Shown: piece after piece, positions 52,659-61,001 of the stretch | Layout: each line of letters begins with the position of its first letter | How positions within the stretch are numbered: the first letter of the stretch is position 1 | Source of the DNA: Synechococcus sp. | Lineage (GTDB): Bacteria > Cyanobacteriota > Cyanobacteriia > PCC-6307 > Cyanobiaceae | Assembly: GCA_047284725.1 (NCBI GenBank) | Contig: JBJBEO010000001.1 | Coordinates: 1,240,203-1,304,202 of the forward strand | Length of the DNA: 64,000 nucleotides | Direction of reading: 5' to 3' | Notes under the pieces: generated by a model | Databases searched by the model: none | Seen by the model: only the letters and a program-made list of their open reading frames with translations | Told to the model about the DNA's origin: nothing | Translations under genes and position numbers: made by a program

Positions 52659-55108
52659 CGCGACCCGAAACTCTGCTGAAGCCGATCGAAGCCTGGTTCC
52701 TCAGCAAAGGCTGGACGCCCCAGGACTTCCAACAACAGGCTTGGAAGGCCCACCTGGAAGGGGCATCGGGATTGATCCAAGTGCCGACTGGATCAGGGAA
52801 AACCTATGCCGCAGTGATGGCACCGATCGCTCGGATGTTGGCGGACAACACAGCCAGCTCAGGGGTGAAACTGCTCTATATCACGCCGCTGCGGGCCCTG
52901 AGCCGCGATTTAGCGCTCGCCCTGGAGGAGCCGATTAAGGCCATGGGCTGGCCATTGCGGGTGGGCATCCGCAACGGTGACACCTCCACCGGTGATCGCA
53001 ACAAACAGATCAAGACACCGCCTCAGATCCTGATCACCACACCCGAATCGCTGTGCGTGCTGCTGGCTGGTCGCCATGCCGAGCGACTGTTGTCCCAGCT
53101 CGACACGGTGATCCTGGATGAGTGGCATGAGCTGATCGGCAGCAAACGGGGCACACAAACGGAATTGGCCCTGAGTTGGTTGCGGATGGCCAATCCAGCA
53201 CTGCAGACCTGGGCGATCAGCGCCACGATCGGCAATCTGGATGCCGCAGCCCAGCATGTCCTCGGCGTTGGCGGCAAGCCGGTGATCGTCACCGGTGGGG
53301 CGCCCCGCTCCCTTGAGGTGTCCAGCATCCTTCCCGACAGCATCGACGGGTTTCCCTGGGGAGGACACCTCGGTCTTCGGCGTTACGAGGATCTGGTGGG
53401 ACAGCTGGTGCCCGGCATCAGCACCCTGCTGTTCACCAACACCCGCAACCAGGCAGAGCGGTGGTTTCAATGCCTGCGCTACGCCTGCCCGGAGATGGAA
53501 GGCTTGCTGGCGCTGCACCACAGCGCCCTGGATCGCCAGGAACGCGAAGCGATCGAAGCGAATGTCAAAGCAGGGGATCTGCGCTGGGTGGTCTGCACCA
53601 GTTCTTTGGATCTGGGGGTGGATTTCCAGCCCGTGGAGCGCGTCGTGCAGATCGGTTCACCCAAAAACCTTGCCCGCCTGCTGCAGCGCGCCGGGCGCTC
53701 AGCCCACTTGCCTGGCGGCACCTCCCAGGTGTTGTTCATGCCCACCAATGCTCTGGAACTGCTGGAGCTCAGTGCTGTACGCCGAGGCCTCAGTGCCGGA
53801 CTGGTGGAAGACCGGCACCCACCTTTGATGCCCCTGGATGTGTTGTTGCAGCACCTCACCACGCTGGCCTGTGGACCAGGCTTTGATCCCGAACAGACCC
53901 TCAAGGCTGTGCGCCAGACCGCCAGTTTTTCCGAACTCAAGGACAACCAGTGGCAGTGGTGCCTTCAGTTTCTGGAGCAAGGCGGCGAATGCCTGGGTGC
54001 CTACGAGCGCTACCGGAAACTGGAACGAGGCGACGACGGCCGTCTGGCGGTGAAGCAAACAGCGATTGCTCGCCTGCATCGCCTCAACATCGGCACGATC
54101 ACATCGGCCCCGGCGATCCGCGTGCGCTTTGTACGCGGTTCCGTGCTGGGCCACGTCGAGGAAAACTTCGTCAGCCAACTCAAACCCAACGACGTGTTCT
54201 TTTTTGCCGGACGGCAGCTGGAATTTGTTCGTCTGCGGGACATGACGGCTTACGTCAAAGCCACCACCAGAAAGAGCACCACCGTTCCGGCCTGGGCTGG
54301 TGGGCAGATGGCGCTTTCAGACCTGCTCACCCATCACCTGCGTGAGGAGGTGGCACGGGCTGGTCGCGGCGAACTGGACACACCAGAACTGCAGGCTCTC
54401 GAACCCTTGTTCGAACGCCAACAAGACCTCTCCACCCTGCCGCGTGCCGATCAGCTCCTGCTCGAGACCTGCCAGACCCGCGAAGGCAGTCATCTCTACG
54501 TGTATCCCTTTGAAGGGCGCTTCGTGCATGAAGGACTCGGCTTCCTGTTCGCCACCCGCCTGACACGCCTGGAACGGGGAACGATCACCGTTTCGGTGAA
54601 TGACTACGGGTTTGAACTGCTCGCCCCGCGCCAGTATCCATTCAGCAATCTGATCGAAGAGCACATTGACGAGCTGCTCAGCAGCGATCAACTGGAAAAA
54701 GACCTTGAACAGGCGCTCAACCTGTCTGAATTATGTAAACGTCGCTTCCGCAGCATTGCCCAGGTGGCGGGATTACTCGTACAAGGTTTTCCCGGGCAAA
54801 GTAAGAGCACGGGTCAATTGCAGATCAGCGGCTCACTCCTCTTCGACGTGTTCAGCCGTCATGAACCCAACAATCTTCTGCTTCAACAGGCAAGAGATGA
54901 AGTGCTCAACGAACAGCTGGAGCTTCCGAGGCTGAAAACAGCTTTGGAGCGGATGGCCCGCGGCGAAGTGATGCATTGCCCAACACCCAGGCCAGGCCCA
55001 ATGGCATTCCCCCTACTGGTGGAACGGCTCAACAACCGCATGAGCAATGAATCTGTACTGGAGCGGATTCAGAGAATGCAACGCGAAGCACTCAACAAAG
55101 AAATCTGA
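52655..55108 (+). CDS. Ligase-associated DEXH-box helicase (Lhr-core)
   Basis: PTGSGKT, ITPLRAL, TTPESL, DEWHEL, SAT, TSSLDLGVD and QRAGRS.H; ATGA overlap with the ligase. Confidence 0.92.
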   Translation: MTRPETLLKPIEAWFLSKGWTPQDFQQQAWKAHLEGASGLIQVPTGSGKTYAAVMAPIARMLADNTASSGVKLLYITPLRALSRDLALALEEPIKAMGWPLRVGIRNGDTSTGDRNKQIKTPPQILITTPESLCVLLAGRHAERLLSQLDTVILDEWHELIGSKRGTQTELALSWLRMANPALQTWAISATIGNLDAAAQHVLGVGGKPVIVTGGAPRSLEVSSILPDSIDGFPWGGHLGLRRYEDLVGQLVPGISTLLFTNTRNQAERWFQCLRYACPEMEGLLALHHSALDRQEREAIEANVKAGDLRWVVCTSSLDLGVDFQPVERVVQIGSPKNLARLLQRAGRSAHLPGGTSQVLFMPTNALELLELSAVRRGLSAGLVEDRHPPLMPLDVLLQHLTTLACGPGFDPEQTLKAVRQTASFSELKDNQWQWCLQFLEQGGECLGAYERYRKLERGDDGRLAVKQTAIARLHRLNIGTITSAPAIRVRFVRGSVLGHVEENFVSQLKPNDVFFFAGRQLEFVRLRDMTAYVKATTRKSTTVPAWAGGQMALSDLLTHHLREEVARAGRGELDTPELQALEPLFERQQDLSTLPRADQLLLETCQTREGSHLYVYPFEGRFVHEGLGFLFATRLTRLERGTITVSVNDYGFELLAPRQYPFSNLIEEHIDELLSSDQLEKDLEQALNLSELCKRRFRSIAQVAGLLVQGFPGQSKSTGQLQISGSLLFDVFSRHEPNNLLLQQARDEVLNEQLELPRLKTALERMARGEVMHCPTPRPGPMAFPLLVERLNNRMSNESVLERIQRMQREALNKEI

Positions 55109-55399
55109 TTGCGAATCTCGCCATACCTCTAAGCTGCATTCTTGCTAACACAAAAGACTTCGGCTTAAAAGCCAAACGAGAGACTCAACGGCAAGCAGGT
55201 CTTCATCAGGTCAAATGTATCTGATCAGCGCCCCACATCGCCAATCCGCCCAACGTTTCATGGGAGGCTTGCGAGCCAAATGGGTTCCGCAATCAACGCG
55301 CATCTGTCGTTTTTCTGTGAGTCTGATGAGAACCTCGAATCATCAACTCAAGGCGATGAGATTGAGTTAGGCTTTGGAAATCGCATGCATTGATGACAA

Positions 55400-55975
55400 T
55401 TGTTAGGAATAAAAAACTCTATTCTTTTCGCTTTGACGGCCTTCCTGGGAACCTTGATGGCCTGCAGCAACCAAAGACAGGCAGAATACCCGCAAAGATT
55501 ATGCCCACCAGTCAAAAGTGAGCCCTGCAGAGTGCTTAGCGCATCGGTGCTTGAGGGGACTTGGGTGATGGCCTCATACGAGCTCACACCAGGAATGACT
55601 CCAAAAAGTGATCACTGGTTTGCAGAGATGCAAGCCTTCGCCTTTGCAAAAGATGGACATTTCAAACATCTCATCTTGCTGGGCGATTACAACACAAAAG
55701 ATCTTCTAGAGACAATCTCTCGTCCATCTCCTCGTCATCAGACCTACGAGTTCAAGAACGGCTATCTCTGGATCAAGCATCCAGAAAGGAAGCCGGCGCC
55801 TTACTACGTCTTGGAGTTCCAACAAGATCGCCCTCAAGCCAACGTCAAAAAAGGCGATATCGCCATATGGAGCATTCTGTCAGAATCAATACCAGAAAGC
55901 AGGCCTAACAAAATCTCATTACTCCCAGAGTCAATGATATCGCTATATGTAAAATTACTGAAAAAAGCGAGCTAA
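55400..55975 (+). CDS. Hypothetical lipoprotein (possibly lipocalin-like beta barrel)
   Basis: Signal peptide with LMA-C lipobox and an L.GTW motif; AT-richer codons. Confidence 0.65.
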   Translation: MLGIKNSILFALTAFLGTLMACSNQRQAEYPQRLCPPVKSEPCRVLSASVLEGTWVMASYELTPGMTPKSDHWFAEMQAFAFAKDGHFKHLILLGDYNTKDLLETISRPSPRHQTYEFKNGYLWIKHPERKPAPYYVLEFQQDRPQANVKKGDIAIWSILSESIPESRPNKISLLPESMISLYVKLLKKAS

Positions 55976-56178
55976 CGAATTTGCCTTCCCATCAAACAGC
56001 AAACTAATCGCTAACTATCTTCGAATCAACGCAAACATGGCACCCCTAAACCCGAACATGTATCATTAATTGACAATAGATTTTCGCAGATTTGCTAACC
56101 TTTTGTGGATAAACTAATCAAGCATTAGGCCGCAAATTACAACAATAAAAGCACGGCTTCGACGACAGAGCCAATCGA

Positions 56179-56511
56179 TCAATTTGTATAAATTGAAAAG
56201 ATCGCTCGACCGTAGCGATCATCTGTCAAACTGTAAACATCTTCTCCTCCCTCTTGCTTCATGTCATAGGTCTTACCTTGATCGCTGCTTAGAAACTTAA
56301 ACATCCACTCATTGCTCATAAAAATAACCTTATTGCCAGTGTCGACGCCCAATGTGTAGGTATCACAAAGTCCTTCTTGGTCAGGCTTATCACTTTCCCA
56401 TGTAATTCGACATGGAGTGCCAACCTCTGGTTCGGCATGAACTCGCTGATGGTCGGCGAGAAGGCCGAAGGAGAGTCCAAGCAAGGAAGCGATGGCGAAG
56501 GCTTGTTTCAT
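56179..56511 (-). CDS. Hypothetical secreted protein
   Basis: MKQAFAIASLLGLSFGLLA...VHA signal peptide, two Cys residues, AT-richer codons. Confidence 0.62.
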   Translation of the reverse strand: MKQAFAIASLLGLSFGLLADHQRVHAEPEVGTPCRITWESDKPDQEGLCDTYTLGVDTGNKVIFMSNEWMFKFLSSDQGKTYDMKQEGGEDVYSLTDDRYGRAIFSIYTN

Positions 56512-56781
56512 GGGATCTGACCCTTTCCTCTGCAATCGTATTCATTCCTGACCCATCTGTCAGAGGGATAAGTCGTTTCATCAGTCCTCAGATTCCTCCC
56601 GCAGAAGACACGTGCATCGACACCCAATCCTCCGAACACCCTCAGCCATGACTGCAGCCATGGCTCCCAGCGCGAATGCCATGAACCGCCAAGGTATTGC
56701 CAGGCTGGTGCTGACGGACTGACCGGCATGCAAGGCAGACCAGTGGCCACGATCGGCGACCCAGCTCCCTTCTCACCAACC

Positions 56782-57345
56782 ATGCATCTGTTTCTGGTGG
56801 TCCTCGGTGGGCGGACACCCCACAGTCACGTTGAACTGCACGATGTGCGTTGGGTCGTGGGGACGTCAATCGACGACACCATCCCTGAACTCAAACGCCA
56901 ATGGTTCGGCAGCCGCAAGGGACTCCACCTCGACAGCTATGTGGAAGTGCGGGGCGTGGATGGCTACTCCATTCGGCTGCACCGCACACCCAAACCAAAC
57001 TCTCCTCTTTCCTTCTCTTCAACGTCAGCGACCTCAACCGTCCACCAACGCCTGTGGTTCGTCAACATGGGCGCCTACGCAGCCAGCAGCCTGCTCGAAT
57101 TGCACCAATGTGGATGTGTGGTGGCACCCAACCCCCAGGCTGCCAAGCGCCTGGCTCGCCAACGTTTTTTGAAAGGAGGGCTGCAGCAGCACAAGGACGA
57201 TCTGCACGCCTTGGATGCAGTGGGAGGCGTCGACGACTGCTTACCGATTGAAGAGCTCCAGGGTTGGAGGGTTCATCTGGTTCACGATCCCGACGTCCCC
57301 TCCTGCACATTCATTCCTGATTGGGTTGGGTACCGGCCGATTTGA
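56782..57345 (+). CDS. DUF1543 family protein
   Basis: LFLVVLGG....VELHDVR...WFG...GLHLDSY...LWFVN.G.Y...HKDD. Confidence 0.82.
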   Translation: MHLFLVVLGGRTPHSHVELHDVRWVVGTSIDDTIPELKRQWFGSRKGLHLDSYVEVRGVDGYSIRLHRTPKPNSPLSFSSTSATSTVHQRLWFVNMGAYAASSLLELHQCGCVVAPNPQAAKRLARQRFLKGGLQQHKDDLHALDAVGGVDDCLPIEELQGWRVHLVHDPDVPSCTFIPDWVGYRPI

Positions 57346-58031
57346 TCGGTCCATAGACCTAAACGATCCTCAGAGCCATACCAACTGCGGCCAAACAATC
57401 CACCATGGGCGGTGTCAGGCAGGATCAGATGTCGGGCATTGGCCAACAAGGCAGAGCTCACCGGCACCAACCCATCCCCTTCCACGCCATCGGTACCGGC
57501 AATGCTTCGGTAACTGCCGGCGGCACTGCGTTTGCTGAAGACGCTGGCGTTGGCGGAGCCCAGGTCAAGGGTGCCTGCAATCGAGAGGTAATCGACGTCA
57601 GAACACGGTGTGCCTGGGAACTTCCTGTCCACCATCAGGCGCAGTGGCGTGCCACGTTGAGCCTGATGGGGGCTGCCCAGTGTGATCAGCTGATTGCAAT
57701 GGCTGGCTCCGCCATAGGTACGGCCTGAAAACGGCTCATCGCTGAGGTAAAGCCGAAGCATCACTCCGCCTGAGCTGTGGCCGATCAGGGTCACCTGTCC
57801 TGTCGGCGACTGACGGGCCAAGGTACCGACATGGTGGTGGACCCGATCGAGCAAACGCCTCCAGCCGATGGCCCAGCTCGTGAGCATCCAATCAAAACGG
57901 CTGGCAGGAACAACCCGAACTTCGGCGCCAAGACGTGATTCAATCCAAGAGGCCATTGGCGCATAGGCCTCGTCTGTGATCAGAAAGCCACCAAGAATCA
58001 CCACAGGTTGAGCGGCTGCCGCCATCGCCAT
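57282..58031 (-). CDS. Alpha/beta-hydrolase (esterase/lipase family)
   Basis: GHSSGG nucleophile elbow, LITLGSPH and DGLVP..SA...H. Confidence 0.85.
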   Translation of the reverse strand: MAMAAAAQPVVILGGFLITDEAYAPMASWIESRLGAEVRVVPASRFDWMLTSWAIGWRRLLDRVHHHVGTLARQSPTGQVTLIGHSSGGVMLRLYLSDEPFSGRTYGGASHCNQLITLGSPHQAQRGTPLRLMVDRKFPGTPCSDVDYLSIAGTLDLGSANASVFSKRSAAGSYRSIAGTDGVEGDGLVPVSSALLANARHLILPDTAHGGLFGRSWYGSEDRLGLWTDQIGRYPTQSGMNVQEGTSGS

Positions 58032-58079
58032 CACAAGACCATCAATCCAGCCATCATCGGAGCCCGTAGCGACCTCTCG

Positions 58080-58559
58080 ATGACACCGGAACGTGTTTGT
58101 GACTACCCACGTCCCCCCCTCGTGGAGCAGCGCCATGGACCGGTGCTGGTGACGCTCGGTGGTGACCTGATTGCCCAAAGCGACACCTACGTTCGGGTGT
58201 GTGAGACGTACCACCCTCCAACGATCTACATTCCGATTGAGGCCTTTCAATCGGGGACTCTCCACCCGACCACCGGACGCCCCAGTTTTTGTGAATGGAA
58301 AGGGATCGCCCGATACTGGAATCTTTCCAATCGCGATGGGGAGCACCGCCAGGAACGTGCAGCCTGGAGCTATCCCACACCCACGGATCGCTTCAAGCTG
58401 CTGGCGGGATGGATCAGCCTCTACCCCGGACTGATGCAGTCCTGCCATTTAGAGGGTGAATTGGTCAGCCCCCAGCCGGGCCGTTTCTACGGTGGATGGA
58501 TCACCTCGGCGGTGATTGGGCCGTTCAAGGGGGATCCCCTTCACCCCGAATTGATCTGA
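58080..58559 (+). CDS. DUF427 family protein
   Basis: DYPRPP, ETYHPPT.YIP, SFCEWKG.A.Y, AAWSYP.P and QPG.FYGGWIT. Confidence 0.88.
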   Translation: MTPERVCDYPRPPLVEQRHGPVLVTLGGDLIAQSDTYVRVCETYHPPTIYIPIEAFQSGTLHPTTGRPSFCEWKGIARYWNLSNRDGEHRQERAAWSYPTPTDRFKLLAGWISLYPGLMQSCHLEGELVSPQPGRFYGGWITSAVIGPFKGDPLHPELI

Positions 58560-58593
58560 GACCAGAACCAACGACAGGTTGGTCCAATCAGGA

Positions 58594-58623
58594 AGGCCGC
58601 CTTCCCGGGTGGGAAGACGGCCT
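58594..58623 (-). terminator. 13 bp GC-rich terminal hairpin
   Basis: Minus strand AGGCCGUCUUCCC-ACCC-GGGAAGGCGGCCU; the single plus-strand C/A mismatch is a U.G pair on minus. Confidence 0.6.
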
Positions 58624-59020
58624 AGCTCGCTCGTTCGCGCATGGTTCAACCCCGTCACGTCTTGGGAAAGAAGGAAAGGGGCGAAGCGTTCTGGCGTTGG
58701 CAACCCTGGGGCCATGACGTCCAGGTGTAGTGCTGATGAAGCTCCGGGGCACCTTGTCTGCATGAGCAGCGTTGGGCGGTGCAGTGGAGTGTCGATTCGC
58801 GTGGCGCACCGGATCAGTGCCTGCGAAAGGACCAGCTCTACGGATGAGTGGAAACTGTTGGAGCAGGGGCCAGAAGTCAGTCTGCTTCTTAGGTTTGCTC
58901 AGGTGGAGTGTCGGCTGTCATCAGCGCCTCCGATCTCGATGCACCTACTTTGCGCTGGCTGGGCGGGGTTGCCTATCCGTGTAAAGGCGCATTGCCTTTG
59001 GGTGTCGGCCATCAGATAGT
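58594..59020 (-). ncRNA. Candidate large structured RNA or dual-function element
   Basis: About 470 nt gap in a compact genome, with multiple hairpins, a repeated CGACAC(U)CC motif and a strand-specific terminal stem (see findings). Confidence 0.45.
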
Positions 59021-59033
59021 GAAAACTTGTGCA

Positions 59034-59477
59034 ATGCCAACTGTGCAACCTGGCACTGAAGTCGCCGTTGCCATGCTTCACCGCGACAACCTCTGGCTTC
59101 TTCAACTTCGCGACGATGTCGAGGGGATCATCGCGCCAGGGTGCTGGGGACTGTTCGGAGGCCATCTCGAAGCTCACGAAACACCGGAACAAGGACTGCG
59201 GCGTGAACTGAGGGAAGAGATCACGCTTGAAGCAGCAGACCTGAAGCCACTATTGACGTGGCGCCATGACCATCGGCTGCTCCACGTGTTCATCGGACCT
59301 TTGTCGGTCCCCATCGAGCACCTTCAACTACGGGAAGGTCAAGACCTCACGCTTGCGGGGCTTGAACAGATCCGGCAAGGGGTCGTGAAGAGCCAACGTC
59401 TGCAACAGGTCAGACCACTGGCGGGATGCCTACAGCACGTCGTTGAGCAGTGGCAGAGCGGTGCAATCACCCTCTGA
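59034..59477 (+). CDS. NUDIX hydrolase
   Basis: LQLRDD...PGCWGLFGGHLE..ETPEQGLRRELREE (Nudix box). Confidence 0.9.
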   Translation: MPTVQPGTEVAVAMLHRDNLWLLQLRDDVEGIIAPGCWGLFGGHLEAHETPEQGLRRELREEITLEAADLKPLLTWRHDHRLLHVFIGPLSVPIEHLQLREGQDLTLAGLEQIRQGVVKSQRLQQVRPLAGCLQHVVEQWQSGAITL

Positions 59478-59506
59478 AAAGCGACGTCATGCGCTCTGTG
59501 ACCAGA

Positions 59507-59716
59507 TCAGAGCAACGGCAACAGGATCACGACAAGCATCGCCACCAACAGCCAGACCCACCAAGGAACAATGAAACGTCCCTGACGCTTCACCGCAGGG
59601 TTCCGCTGGGGGGGAGCCCCCTGAGGTGCACCACAACGGGTGCAAAACAGTCGCCCTGCCAATGAACGATCAGCCCGCCAAGATCGTGATCCACACTGGC
59701 GACAGACCGATGACAT
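59507..59716 (-). CDS. Small zinc-ribbon protein with C-terminal TM helix
   Basis: MSSVCRQCG...RADRSLAGRLFCTRCG...WWVWLLVAMLVVILLPLL. Confidence 0.72.
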   Translation of the reverse strand: MSSVCRQCGSRSWRADRSLAGRLFCTRCGAPQGAPPQRNPAVKRQGRFIVPWWVWLLVAMLVVILLPLL

Positions 59717-59729
59717 CAAGGCAAGTTCA

Positions 59730-60527
59730 GTGAGCGAACGTTCTGCATCTTGGCTTGACCTCAAGGCCGTTGAAGCCTGGATCAGCTCCAAGTGCATCTT
59801 CCACGATCTCACCCTACGGTTGAACAAGGGTCAGCACACCGCCGTCCTTGGCCCCAACGGCTCCGGTAAGAGCACCTTGGTGCGGCTGATCGATCGCAGT
59901 CTTCACCCGGTGGTGAAACAGGGGTCGTCCCTTCACCTCTTCGGCAGCGAGAGACCACGCCAGTGGGAGCTGCGAAGAAAGATCGGACTGGTTTCAGCAG
60001 AGCTTGAACAGAGAGTTCCTCGTCAGATCTGCTGCAGAGACCTTGTGCTCTCAGCGTTTTTCGGATCCATTGGTCTGCGCGTCGATCAGATTCCAACCAA
60101 GCGGCAATCCGCCAGGGTCGATTATCTGCTTCCAGAACTGGAGCTCAACACCCTTGCCCATGAGCCGTTCGGTCACCTCTCTGATGGCCAGAAACGTCGG
60201 GTGCTGATTGCACGGGCATTGGCTCATCAACCGGACGTGCTGGTGCTCGACGAACCGACCAATGCCCTTGATCTCAAGGCCAAGCACGACCTGCTCAGGG
60301 TGCTTCGTCGACTCTGCTGCAGCGGGACAACCTTGGTGATGATCACGCATCAGGTGGAAACACTGATCCCTGAGATCGAACGAGTGATCTGCCTGAAGCA
60401 GGGAAGCGTCATCGCCGATGGGGATCGGAATTCCATCCTCAGCGGGCCCCAACTCTCCGCCCTGTTTGATACCCCACTGCAGGTGATCGAGTCAGCCGGC
60501 TATCGCCAGGTGATGCCCCTGTCATAA
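59730..60527 (+). CDS. ABC ATP-binding protein (ModF-like)
   Basis: GPNGSGKS, LSDGQ, LDEP and ITH; GTG start inferred. Confidence 0.85.
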   Translation: MSERSASWLDLKAVEAWISSKCIFHDLTLRLNKGQHTAVLGPNGSGKSTLVRLIDRSLHPVVKQGSSLHLFGSERPRQWELRRKIGLVSAELEQRVPRQICCRDLVLSAFFGSIGLRVDQIPTKRQSARVDYLLPELELNTLAHEPFGHLSDGQKRRVLIARALAHQPDVLVLDEPTNALDLKAKHDLLRVLRRLCCSGTTLVMITHQVETLIPEIERVICLKQGSVIADGDRNSILSGPQLSALFDTPLQVIESAGYRQVMPLS

Positions 60528-60552
60528 CCTCCCCAAATCAGTGATCAGATCC

Positions 60553-60750
60553 ATGAACAGCAACGCGAGCATTGATGCCCTGGAACTGATGCTCACTGAC
60601 CTGCGCACACGCAACGAACCGATTCGACACAAAGCGGCATTCCGTGGATGCCAACCTGAATTTCAGGCACTGGTGAGCCGTTTGATTGAACAATTGGAAA
60701 CGGAACTGATCGAAGCGAAACAGCGCGATCGTCTCGAGAAGCGCGGCTGA
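60553..60750 (+). CDS. Small hypothetical protein
   Basis: IDALELMLTDLRTRNEPIRHKAAFRGCQPEFQALV; helical and fills the gap. Confidence 0.7.
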   Translation: MNSNASIDALELMLTDLRTRNEPIRHKAAFRGCQPEFQALVSRLIEQLETELIEAKQRDRLEKRG

Positions 60751-60760
60751 AGACCTTGGG

Positions 60761-61000
60761 TCAACCCGGCAGCCTTTTCTCGCCGGGATCTTCAGCAGCC
60801 TGCTGGTATGAAGCTGGAGCGAGCACCAGAAAGACCCACCACCAAACCAGGACAGCAATCACTGCTGCAGCCGTGATCGAGACCCTGTGAAACAGAAGCC
60901 AGCTGGTGATCGGTAACACCAATCCCGTCAGAAGAATTGACCAGGGTTGACACCACCAGGGCTTCGTTTGCCAAAGGCTTTGCGTTTCAGGCGAAGACAT
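60761..61000 (-). CDS. DUF6737-like small membrane protein
   Basis: W..KPWWCQPWSILLTG...WW.FL...P..Y. Confidence 0.72.
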   Translation of the reverse strand: MSSPETQSLWQTKPWWCQPWSILLTGLVLPITSWLLFHRVSITAAAVIAVLVWWWVFLVLAPASYQQAAEDPGEKRLPG

Positions 61001-61001
61001 C

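Noticed and set aside
55317..55350. CTGATGAG...CGAA resembling a hammerhead ribozyme core
   Set aside because: It has GAAT rather than GAAA and no room for stem III. It folds more simply as a TGAGT(C)TGATGA/TCATCAACTCA hairpin.
56580..56780. Short GCCATG repeats and small ORFs upstream of DUF1543
   Set aside because: The repeats are too short, and the competing frames give no convincing product.
57282..57345. 64 nt convergent overlap of DUF1543 and the lipase (similarly psb29 and the hypothetical gene at 35764-35821)
   Set aside because: The overlaps cover only low-information C-terminal tails, which is common in compact genomes; there is no sign of a frameshift.
58720..58915. CRISPR-like array suggested by ~60 nt motif periodicity
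   Set aside because: The repeats are at most 11 nt, only two are exact, and there are no cas genes in the window.
58560..59030. SRP RNA, RNase P RNA, tmRNA or Yfr1 as the identity of the intergenic element
   Set aside because: I saw no SRP domain IV (CAGG...GGAA..AGCAG), RNase P GAGGAAAGUCC, tRNA-like ends or Yfr1 ACUCCUCACAC on either strand.
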